This document shows, piece after piece, positions 1 through 7,527 of a stretch of 11,564 nt of DNA. Below the pieces are notes generated by a model. The model searched no databases. It was given only the letters and a program-made list of their open reading frames with translations, and was not told the origin of the DNA. Position numbers and translations under genes: made by a program. Source of the stretch: an uncultured archaeon (GTDB taxonomy: Archaea > Altiarchaeota > Altiarchaeia > IMC4 > SCGC-AAA252-I15); contig CABMCB010000049.1 in the NCBI GenBank assembly GCA_902384455.1, forward strand, positions 1-11,564, in the 5' to 3' direction. Each line of letters starts with the position of its first letter. Within the stretch, counting starts at the first letter, position 1.

Positions 1-1086
1 CAATCCACGCTAACCAACTGGACGCCACCACAATACCCAAAAATAGACGCACTAGGCCACATACGCGCAACACTAAAGACCCGCGAAAGAGGATTCATAA
101 ACGTACGCATAGGCGAAGGCATACTAGACCCCCAATTGGGAGAAATAAAACAGGCCACAATCAACGACGCACTATGGGAAGCAATCAGGTGGAACCAATG
201 GATAGACGCCAACGAAAACGCCGAACACCCCACATCAACCGCACCACCCATAAAACTCACAGCAGCAGAACTAGACTGGATAAAAAACACCGACATAAAC
301 CAACTAACAGCCCGCTACAAAGAAACAACAGAATACTCAGACGGCCACATAAACCTATGCAAAGAAACAGACATCAAACCCACACCAAACCCCGAAACAG
401 CGCTATCCGCATGGCGCACCAGCCTAAACCCCAAAAACCTAATGCCAGAACAACCCCAACAACTAAAAAGACTGGAAGAACTGACACCAATACGAACAGG
501 AGAAAAAAGCATACAATTCGGCCACCTATTCGTCGACTACATACTATCCCGCGCCAAAACAACCGAAGGCATAGACCACGAACACGAAACAGTAGACCCC
601 CAACGCCTACTACTAGACCTTCCCTCATCCCCCCTACTAAAAACAATACTGGGCTTAGAAGCATTCACTCCCGGAAAACCAGCCGACAACCTACGCAACC
701 TCAGAAAAGCAAAAGAAAAAGCATACTCCACCATATTCACCGAAAAAGAAAGCCCATACTACTTCCGCAAAATATGGGCCGACGGAAACAGCATAAACCT
801 TAGGGACGCAATGCAACGGCTAGACCTACAACACCTGCCAGCTGAAATAAACAGCCGCATATTCGGCAACCTAAAGCAGTACGGCTACCTCACGTCGCCC
901 ACGGAAAACCTCCAAACCGCAATGGCCGACCTGAAGGTGGACAAAATAGAGTTCATCCGAAACTCAACGTACGCCAAAAACACGGAAGACCTGCGCAACC
1001 TAACACAACAAAAAGCTGAACAAGAAATAAGCGACCAATACGGGCTCACCCTGGAAGAAGCTCAAAAACTCCTGACTCTGCCGTAA
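1..1086 (+). CDS. Hypothetical protein, 5'-truncated by the window edge (at least 361 aa)
   Basis: Frame 1 is open from base 1 (QSTLTNWTPPQYPKIDALGHIR...) to TAA at 1084-1086, so the TTG at 136 in the ORF track is probably internal. Third positions in this frame are strongly A/C, as in the neighbouring real genes. No family motif recognised. Confidence 0.8.
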   Translation, partial: QSTLTNWTPPQYPKIDALGHIRATLKTRERGFINVRIGEGILDPQLGEIKQATINDALWEAIRWNQWIDANENAEHPTSTAPPIKLTAAELDWIKNTDINQLTARYKETTEYSDGHINLCKETDIKPTPNPETALSAWRTSLNPKNLMPEQPQQLKRLEELTPIRTGEKSIQFGHLFVDYILSRAKTTEGIDHEHETVDPQRLLLDLPSSPLLKTILGLEAFTPGKPADNLRNLRKAKEKAYSTIFTEKESPYYFRKIWADGNSINLRDAMQRLDLQHLPAEINSRIFGNLKQYGYLTSPTENLQTAMADLKVDKIEFIRNSTYAKNTEDLRNLTQQKAEQEISDQYGLTLEEAQKLLTLP

Positions 1087-1117
1087 ATAGCCGCAAAAGG
1101 CGCGCATGAAACCAGGG

Positions 1118-1131
1118 CAAAAAGTATTTTA
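1118..1131 (+). promoter_or_regulatory. Putative BRE/TATA promoter for the serA-like gene (leaderless)
   Basis: Purine-rich CAAAAAG followed by TATTTTA (1125-1131), ending 26 nt before ATG 1157, the spacing expected for an archaeal leaderless transcript. Confidence 0.5.
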
Positions 1132-1156
1132 CGTCCACTTGCAAATACTAAACCCT

Positions 1157-2077
1157 ATGAAACCCAAAATACTCCTCACAGAAACCCTACACCCGCTGGC
1201 CATAGAACGGGCAAAAGAATTCGCCGACGTCACAGAAGCATACGGCATAAAGCCTGACGAACTAATACAGAAAATACCTGACTACGAAGCCATCGTAGTG
1301 CGAAGCGGCACCAAAGTCACAGCAGAAGTAATCGCGGCCGGCAAAAAACTCAAAATAATCGGCAGAGCCGGAGTAGGCCTCGACAACATAGACATGGACG
1401 CCGCCAAAAAACATAAACTTGAAATAGCCAACAGCCCGGAAGCAAGCACAATAAGCGTCGCAGAACACGCGTTTGCGCTACTTCTATCAACCGCGCGCTG
1501 GATTCCCCAAGCCCACGCAAGCATGATGAAAGGAGAATGGGACCGCAAAAACTTCAACGGCACAGAACTATCCGAAAAAACACTCGGAATAATAGGATTC
1601 GGCCGCATAGGACGCGAAGTGGCAATCAAAGCCAAAGCATTCAACATGAACATCCTCACCTACGACCCCAAAGGCACCCATGAGGCGGCAGCCGAATACG
1701 GCGCAAAGCTCGTGGAAGTCGAGGAGCTGCTCGCTAAGTCGGATTTCATAACTCTACACCTGCCATCGCTTCCTGAAACAAAGAAATTCATAAACTCGGA
1801 GCGCATAGGCCTAATGAAGAAAAACGCAATACTGGTGAACACAAGCCGCGGCTCGGTCATAGACGAAGCGGCGCTGTACGACGCACTCAAAAACAAGAAA
1901 ATCAAGGCCGCAGCACTGGATGTTTATGAGCAGGAGCCGCCTAAGGAAAGCCCCCTTTTGACGCTCCCAAACATCGTCCTCACGCCGCACCAAGCCGGAA
2001 GCACAGACGAAGCCCAACGCAGGGCAGGCACAGTAGTAATAGACAAAATCCACAACTTCTTCCGCGAAGGCAAGTAA
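1157..2077 (+). CDS. serA: D-3-phosphoglycerate dehydrogenase-like / D-isomer-specific 2-hydroxyacid dehydrogenase, 306 aa, without ASB/ACT regulatory domains
   Basis: Motifs VRSGTKVT, GRAGVGLDNID, Rossmann GIIGFGRIG, and catalytic Arg (NTSRG), Glu (DVYEQEP) and His (TPHQAGST). Start moved from 1106 to ATG 1157 (MKPKILLTETL) to match the family N-terminus and TATA spacing. Substrate is inferred. Confidence 0.85.
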   Translation: MKPKILLTETLHPLAIERAKEFADVTEAYGIKPDELIQKIPDYEAIVVRSGTKVTAEVIAAGKKLKIIGRAGVGLDNIDMDAAKKHKLEIANSPEASTISVAEHAFALLLSTARWIPQAHASMMKGEWDRKNFNGTELSEKTLGIIGFGRIGREVAIKAKAFNMNILTYDPKGTHEAAAEYGAKLVEVEELLAKSDFITLHLPSLPETKKFINSERIGLMKKNAILVNTSRGSVIDEAALYDALKNKKIKAAALDVYEQEPPKESPLLTLPNIVLTPHQAGSTDEAQRRAGTVVIDKIHNFFREGK

Positions 2078-2087
2078 AAACGGAAGC

Positions 2088-2095
2088 GGGGGTGA
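2088..2095 (+). promoter_or_regulatory. Shine-Dalgarno-like site for DP1
   Basis: GGGGGTGA, one mismatch from the archaeal GGAGGTGA consensus, 4 nt before TTG 2100. Supports the TTG start and co-transcription with serA (22-nt gap). Confidence 0.6.
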
Positions 2096-2099
2096 GGGG

Positions 2100-3620
2100 T
2101 TGACGGAAGACAAAGAATCAGAGTTACGGAAGGCCATCACCGGAACTTTCCGGGAGAATGGGCTTCTGATTGCCGCCTCCAGTCTGGACCGCATAATCGC
2201 TGCGGGAGTCAACCCGAAAGACGTTGTGGAGGAGGCCAAGAAGGAGGGGCTATGGATTATCGCCGAAGACTTTATTCTCCGTTTCATTAAAACCGACGAG
2301 GAACTCACTGAGATTGCCGGTGAAATAGGCGACGCGGCGGAGTTGCCTGTGTCTGTGGTAAAGACAAAGCACTCTTATGCGAAGGACGTTGCCCCCCAGA
2401 TTCGCATAAGGGAAGACACCGACATCACGGACAAAAGCAGTTCTGACGGCACAATGCAAAACTTCGTCGACTACTTCAACAACAAATACGAGCGTCTGGG
2501 CTCGATTCTGAAGGAACGCCCCAACTACCGCACCGCAGTAACAGTCGAGGCATTGAAAAAACTGGGCAAAACACCTGAACCGCAGCGAATAATCGTAATG
2601 GTAACTGAAAAACGCGAAAGCAAGAAAGGAAACAAATTCTTTGAAGCAGAAGACCCCACAGGCCAAATCACAGTGTACGTAAAACCAGGCGAACGCCGCC
2701 TGGAACAAGCCTACAACGACATAATGCTTGACGAAGTAATAGGCGTCGAAGGAGTGCTTTCAAACAACCTTTTTGTGGCCCGCGAAATAACTGAACCTGA
2801 CCTGCCCATATCCCACCCCGAACACAGAAGCGAAGAACCCGTGTGCGTCGCATACCTATCCGACACCCACGTAGGAAGCTACCTATTCCTTGAAAAACAA
2901 TTCAAAGCATTCATAGAATGGCTTAAGGGGTCAGGAAACCGCAAAGAACTAAGCGAAGCCATAAAATACGTCATAATCGCCGGAGACCTCGTCGACGGAA
3001 TAGGCGTCTACCCCAGCCAAGAAAAAGAACTGACGCTCCCAGACATAAACAAGCAATACGCCTACTTCACAGACCTAGTCGCCCAAATACCAAACTACAT
3101 AGAAGTCATAATATCAGTCGGAAACCACGACGCAGTAAGACGCGCCGAACCACAACCCAAACTCCCACACGAAATAGCAGAAGGCCTCGAAAAACTCCCG
3201 AACGTACACCTAGTCGGAAACCCAGTATACGCCGACATACACGGAGTAAGCCACCTAATATACCACGGAACAACACTCGACACAGTAATAGGAAGCTTCG
3301 CAGACTGCTCATACAAAAACCCGGAAAAAGCAATGACACACTACCTAAGAAAACGCCACCTAGCGCCAGTATACGGAAACGACAACCTACTGCCGACAAC
3401 CCGCGACTACATGGCAATAAACGAAATACCTGACGTACTACACTGCGGCCACGTGCACACAAACGGCTACGGAAACTACCGCGGAGTCCGCATAATAAAC
3501 AGCGGAACATGGCAGGCGCGAACCAAATACCAGGAAATGCTCGGTCACCAGCCCACCCCCGCCCACATGCCGGTGCTAAACCTCCAGAACATGGAATTCA
3601 CATTACTCCACTTCGAATAA
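2100..3620 (+). CDS. polB: DNA polymerase D small subunit DP1 (3'-5' proofreading exonuclease, calcineurin-like phosphoesterase with OB fold)
   Basis: Phosphoesterase motifs SDTHVGS, AGDLVDGIGVYPSQ, GNHDAVRRAEPQP, IYHG, RHLAPVYG, HCGHVH and NSGTWQ. OB-fold region around AEDPTGQITV...DEVIGVEG. Adjacent to DP2. Confidence 0.97.
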   Translation: MTEDKESELRKAITGTFRENGLLIAASSLDRIIAAGVNPKDVVEEAKKEGLWIIAEDFILRFIKTDEELTEIAGEIGDAAELPVSVVKTKHSYAKDVAPQIRIREDTDITDKSSSDGTMQNFVDYFNNKYERLGSILKERPNYRTAVTVEALKKLGKTPEPQRIIVMVTEKRESKKGNKFFEAEDPTGQITVYVKPGERRLEQAYNDIMLDEVIGVEGVLSNNLFVAREITEPDLPISHPEHRSEEPVCVAYLSDTHVGSYLFLEKQFKAFIEWLKGSGNRKELSEAIKYVIIAGDLVDGIGVYPSQEKELTLPDINKQYAYFTDLVAQIPNYIEVIISVGNHDAVRRAEPQPKLPHEIAEGLEKLPNVHLVGNPVYADIHGVSHLIYHGTTLDTVIGSFADCSYKNPEKAMTHYLRKRHLAPVYGNDNLLPTTRDYMAINEIPDVLHCGHVHTNGYGNYRGVRIINSGTWQARTKYQEMLGHQPTPAHMPVLNLQNMEFTLLHFE

Positions 3621-6600
3621 ATGAGCAAAGAAAAATACCACGCGCAACTGCTGGAACGCATAACAACCGAATACGCAATAGCGGAGAAAGCCCGAAAACT
3701 AGGCTACGACCCCGCACTAACAGTAGAAGCGCTACCCGCAGGCGACCTCGCAGACCGAGTAGAAGGACTTGTGGGCCCGCCCGGAATAGCAAAAACAATA
3801 AGAGAAATAGGTCGCGCAAAAATAACCTCAATAATAGACAGCCTGCTTCCAGCGGACATAAACCAGCCGGACGAAGCATTAACCAAAGCAAGCGAACAGG
3901 CGATAAGAACCGCTCTCGCAATACTGACTGAAGGAGTAGTTGCGGCGCCGATAGAAGGCATAAGCGAAGTAGCCATAAAAACAAACCCGGACGGAAGCCG
4001 CTACCTAAGCATATCGTTTGCCGGCCCAATACGAAGCGCAGGAGGGACGGCGCAGGGACTCGCAGTACTAATCGGCGACTACATACGCAGGAAACTAAAC
4101 CTTAAGGACTACCGGCCCACCGAAGACGAAATAGAACGCTACGTAGAAGAAGTCAACCTGTACCACGAGCGCGCAAGCCACCTCCAATACCGTCCGCCAG
4201 ACGAAGCAGTCCGAACGATAGTCCGCAGCGCGTCAGTTTGCGTCGACGGAGACCCCACCGAGGAAATAGAAGTAAGCGCACACAGAGACCTGCCCCGCAT
4301 AGCAAGCAACAGAATCCGCGGCGGAGCATGCCTCGTCATAGCCGAAGGAATAGCGCAAAAAGCACCTAAAATACAGAAAATATCCAAACAATGGGGCCTA
4401 GACTGGAGTTGGCTATCGCAACTGACCAAAGCCAAAGCAACCACGACCGAAGAGCAGAAAGAAGACAAAGTAAGCCGCTTCATGGAAGAAATAGTCGGAG
4501 GACGACCCATATTCGCGGCACCCGGCGCATCAGGCGCTTTCCGCCTAAGATACGGAAGAACCCGCACGTCAGGGATAACCGCAAAAAGCGTCCACCCAGC
4601 CACAATGATTCTCTCGATGGACTTCATGGCGACAGGCACGCAGATGAAAGTCGAGCACCCCGGAAAAGGATGCGTAATAACCGCATGCGACTCAATAGAG
4701 CCGCCAACGGCAAAACTGCTCGACGGAACAGTACTAAGGGTTGAAACAGCAAAACAAGCCCGCGAAATAAACAACCAAATCAAAGAAGTCCTATTCCTAG
4801 GCGACATACTAGTGTCCTACGGCGACTTCCTACAATCAAACCACGCACTAATGCCAGCAGGATACTGCGAAGAATGGTGGCTCCAGGAACTTGCGGCCTC
4901 CGGCGGCAGACCGCCTGAAAACCTCACCCCCGAAGCGGCAGTAGCGTTAAGTGCAAAACACAACATACCCCTGCACCCAAAATACACTTACGCGTGGGAA
5001 GACCACAAAGTAAAAGAAATCAAACCCCTCGTAGAATACCTCCTATCCGGAAAACTCGTAGACGGCGAATTCGTCCTATTCACACCCGCAGACAGCGTCA
5101 AAAGAACGCTCGAAACTCTCGGAATACCCCACAAAGTAGAACGCAACCAACTAACAATCCCAGAATACCTAACCCTACTAACCCAGCTGGGACTCATACG
5201 CGGCGACGCACTAACCGACGCAATATACATTGAAACAATAAAAGACGCAAAAGACGAAGACAACGCATTCGAAATAATACGCCGCCTAAGCACAATACCA
5301 CTGCGGAAAAAAATAGGCACATACGTAGGCTGCAGAATGGGCCGCCCAGAAAAAGCCCGCGAAAGAAAAATGCAGCCCCCAGTCCACAGTCTATTCCCAA
5401 TAGGAAACGCGGGAGGCAGAGAAAGAAGCCTAAACAAGGCCGCTGAAAACGAGACGGTAAACGTGGATGTGGCGCGATTCAGAAACCCAGTGTCAGGCGC
5501 GTCGACACTATACATTAAGACCGACGGCATAGGCGCCCCAAGCACGCCGCTCAAATACTGCGAAACGCACGGGTGGGTGGAAGAAAAAGAAAAATGCCCC
5601 GCATGCGGCAAACCAACCGCATACTACGGAAAACAAGACATACCTATACGAAAAATGTGGCTGACAGCAGTCGAAAGAATAGGCCGCGCGCCACCCACCA
5701 AAGCCGTAATCGGCATGATTTCAGAATACAAAATCCCCGAGCCGATGGAAAAAGGAATACTTCGCGCCCAACACGACGTATACGTCTTCAAAGACGGCAC
5801 ATGCCGCTTCGACGCCACCGACGTGCCACTAACGCACTTCAAGCCGAAAGAAATAAAAGTCTCCCCGCAAAAACTCACAGAACTAGGATACACCCACGAC
5901 ATATACGGAAACCCACTGGAAAACCCCGAACAAACACTAGAACTAAAGCCGCAAGACATACTACTCGCAAAAGCAGGCGGAGAATACCTCAAAAAAGTAG
6001 CCGACTTCATAGACGAACTACTAACCAAACTATACGACCTACCACCATACTACAAACTAGAAACACCAGACGACCTCGTAGGACACCTAGTCGCAGGACT
6101 AGCACCCCACACAAGCGCCGCAGTAGTAGGCCGAGTAATAGGATTCACAGACGCCCACGTAGGATTCGCCCACCCATTCTGGCACGCAGCCAAAAGACGA
6201 AACTGCGACGGAGACGAAGACGCAGTAATGCTTCTTCTGGACGGCCTAATCAACTTCAGCCGGAAGCATCTGCCTGAGAAAAGAGGCGGGAAAATGGACG
6301 CTCCTTTGGTCGTAACCAAGATACTTGACCCACTGGAAATAGACGACGAAGCCCACAAGATAGAGTTTGTGCCCGTGTTCCCGTCAAGCTTCTACGAGGC
6401 AACTTGGAAGCAATTACCCCCTTCGGAAGCAGGCGTGCCGACAGTCGCAGACCACCTGAAAAAGAAGGATCTCCCCCCTATGCCATTCACCCACGACACA
6501 ACAGACATCACCGGACCGGTCGTTGAAACGCGCTACGTAAGCCTAAACACTATGGACGAAAAAGTTGAGGCGCAGCTTAAGGTCGCCGAAAGGTTCAGGG

Positions 6601-6947
6601 CCATAGACGAAGACGAAGTCGCCTCACTCATAATAAACAGCCATTTCATACGCGACATCCAGGGTAACCTGCGCGCCTTCTCCCGCCAGCACTTCCGCTG
6701 CGTAGACTGCAACCAAAACTACCGCCGCATACCCTTAGCAGGCAGGTGCGTGAAATGCGGAGGAAAACTCCTACTCACAGTCACGGAAGGAAACATAAGG
6801 AAATACCTGGACACAAGCATAGCCCTCGCAGAAACATACGACCTCTCACCCTACCTAAAGCAGCGCCTGAACCTGCTGAAATCCGAAGTGTTCTCGGTGT
6901 TCACAAACCAGACGAAACAGCAGGCAAGCCTCGCAGACTTCATGTAA
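3621..6947 (+). CDS. polC: DNA polymerase D large (catalytic) subunit DP2, intein-free, 1108 aa
   Basis: Signature motifs AGPIRSAGGTAQ, FRLRYGR, GYCEEWW, GCRMGRPEKA, RFDATDVPLTHF, GLAPHTSA and catalytic KRRNCDGDED (CDGDED at 6204-6221). C-terminal Zn finger CVDC...CVKC (6699-6758) and terminal PIP-box-like QASLADFM. ATG directly follows the DP1 TAA. Confidence 0.98.
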   Translation: MSKEKYHAQLLERITTEYAIAEKARKLGYDPALTVEALPAGDLADRVEGLVGPPGIAKTIREIGRAKITSIIDSLLPADINQPDEALTKASEQAIRTALAILTEGVVAAPIEGISEVAIKTNPDGSRYLSISFAGPIRSAGGTAQGLAVLIGDYIRRKLNLKDYRPTEDEIERYVEEVNLYHERASHLQYRPPDEAVRTIVRSASVCVDGDPTEEIEVSAHRDLPRIASNRIRGGACLVIAEGIAQKAPKIQKISKQWGLDWSWLSQLTKAKATTTEEQKEDKVSRFMEEIVGGRPIFAAPGASGAFRLRYGRTRTSGITAKSVHPATMILSMDFMATGTQMKVEHPGKGCVITACDSIEPPTAKLLDGTVLRVETAKQAREINNQIKEVLFLGDILVSYGDFLQSNHALMPAGYCEEWWLQELAASGGRPPENLTPEAAVALSAKHNIPLHPKYTYAWEDHKVKEIKPLVEYLLSGKLVDGEFVLFTPADSVKRTLETLGIPHKVERNQLTIPEYLTLLTQLGLIRGDALTDAIYIETIKDAKDEDNAFEIIRRLSTIPLRKKIGTYVGCRMGRPEKARERKMQPPVHSLFPIGNAGGRERSLNKAAENETVNVDVARFRNPVSGASTLYIKTDGIGAPSTPLKYCETHGWVEEKEKCPACGKPTAYYGKQDIPIRKMWLTAVERIGRAPPTKAVIGMISEYKIPEPMEKGILRAQHDVYVFKDGTCRFDATDVPLTHFKPKEIKVSPQKLTELGYTHDIYGNPLENPEQTLELKPQDILLAKAGGEYLKKVADFIDELLTKLYDLPPYYKLETPDDLVGHLVAGLAPHTSAAVVGRVIGFTDAHVGFAHPFWHAAKRRNCDGDEDAVMLLLDGLINFSRKHLPEKRGGKMDAPLVVTKILDPLEIDDEAHKIEFVPVFPSSFYEATWKQLPPSEAGVPTVADHLKKKDLPPMPFTHDTTDITGPVVETRYVSLNTMDEKVEAQLKVAERFRAIDEDEVASLIINSHFIRDIQGNLRAFSRQHFRCVDCNQNYRRIPLAGRCVKCGGKLLLTVTEGNIRKYLDTSIALAETYDLSPYLKQRLNLLKSEVFSVFTNQTKQQASLADFM

Positions 6948-6981
6948 ACGGAAAAACCAACCCCCTAAATAAGCGGCCTTA

Positions 6982-7488
6982 TCAGGAGGCTTTTTCCACA
7001 GTCAGGTAAAGGCTGTCCTTGGTGCCTTCAAAGCCGGGCGTATCTGAAGCGGAAACGTCTATCCTGTACTTGCCTTCCAAAGCGCCTGGCAGAAGCTGCA
7101 TAGTCTTACTGAGCTTCCGCGTCTCCTTAGGGCCCACCCTCACAGTCTCAGTCCACTGGGTGTCATTAACTAATCCGCTGTCAAAAATCAGTCTGCTGTC
7201 GTATGTTGCGGCAGTCACCTGAATGTTGACGCTGTTGCTTTCGTCGTCGTTTTGAACTTCAACATCCAGTCTGCTTCTTCCCCCCGGTTTGACGGAGTCT
7301 GGGTCTAAGCTTGATTTTATGCCTATCCCATTTTTGACGTTGAAGCTGCCCTTTATCCCGCCAATAAGAAGGATTAAAACTAACGCAACAATGAACACAG
7401 TCACAAGAACAGTCTTCCACTTAACACGAGATACCAAATCAGTTATCATGTTGTCGTCTTCAGCCACTTTGATCCTCTCCTCGTCCAC
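6982..7488 (-). CDS. Hypothetical membrane-anchored protein: one N-terminal TM helix plus an Ig-like/CARDB-like beta-sandwich
   Basis: Basic KWK followed by hydrophobic TVLVTVFIVALVLILLIGGI. Patterns PDSVKPGGRSRLDVEVQN, VGPKETRKLS and GKYRIDVSA are typical of archaeal surface Ig-like domains. Tandem TGA TAA stops. GTG start at 7488, alternative ATG at 7449. Confidence 0.75.
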   Translation of the reverse strand: MDEERIKVAEDDNMITDLVSRVKWKTVLVTVFIVALVLILLIGGIKGSFNVKNGIGIKSSLDPDSVKPGGRSRLDVEVQNDDESNSVNIQVTAATYDSRLIFDSGLVNDTQWTETVRVGPKETRKLSKTMQLLPGALEGKYRIDVSASDTPGFEGTKDSLYLTVEKAS

Positions 7489-7527
7489 TTCCTTTTAGTA
7501 TGTGAACCAATTAAAATAAGCACTCAA
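7489..7527. promoter_or_regulatory. Compact 39-bp divergent promoter region
   Basis: Minus-strand GCTTATTTTA (7521-7512) ends 24 nt before GTG 7488. Plus-strand TTTTAGTA (7493-7500) ends 28 nt before ATG 7528. Confidence 0.5.

Noticed and set aside
174-803. Arg/Thr/His-rich alternative-frame ORFs (also 3509-3931, 4391-4744, 5573-6277, 7827-8207)
   Set aside because: Their first codon position is the third position of the real gene, which is almost never T, so stop codons cannot form. They are artefacts of the skew.
1106-1156. 17-aa N-terminal extension of SerA from ATG 1106
   Set aside because: It spans the TATA-like element and precedes the family-typical start MKPKILLTE, so ATG 1157 is more plausible.
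6183-6221. Possible intein in DP2 at the HAAKRRN/CDGDED site
   Set aside because: The motif is contiguous and the protein is 1108 aa with no LAGLIDADG or splicing motifs, so the site is empty.
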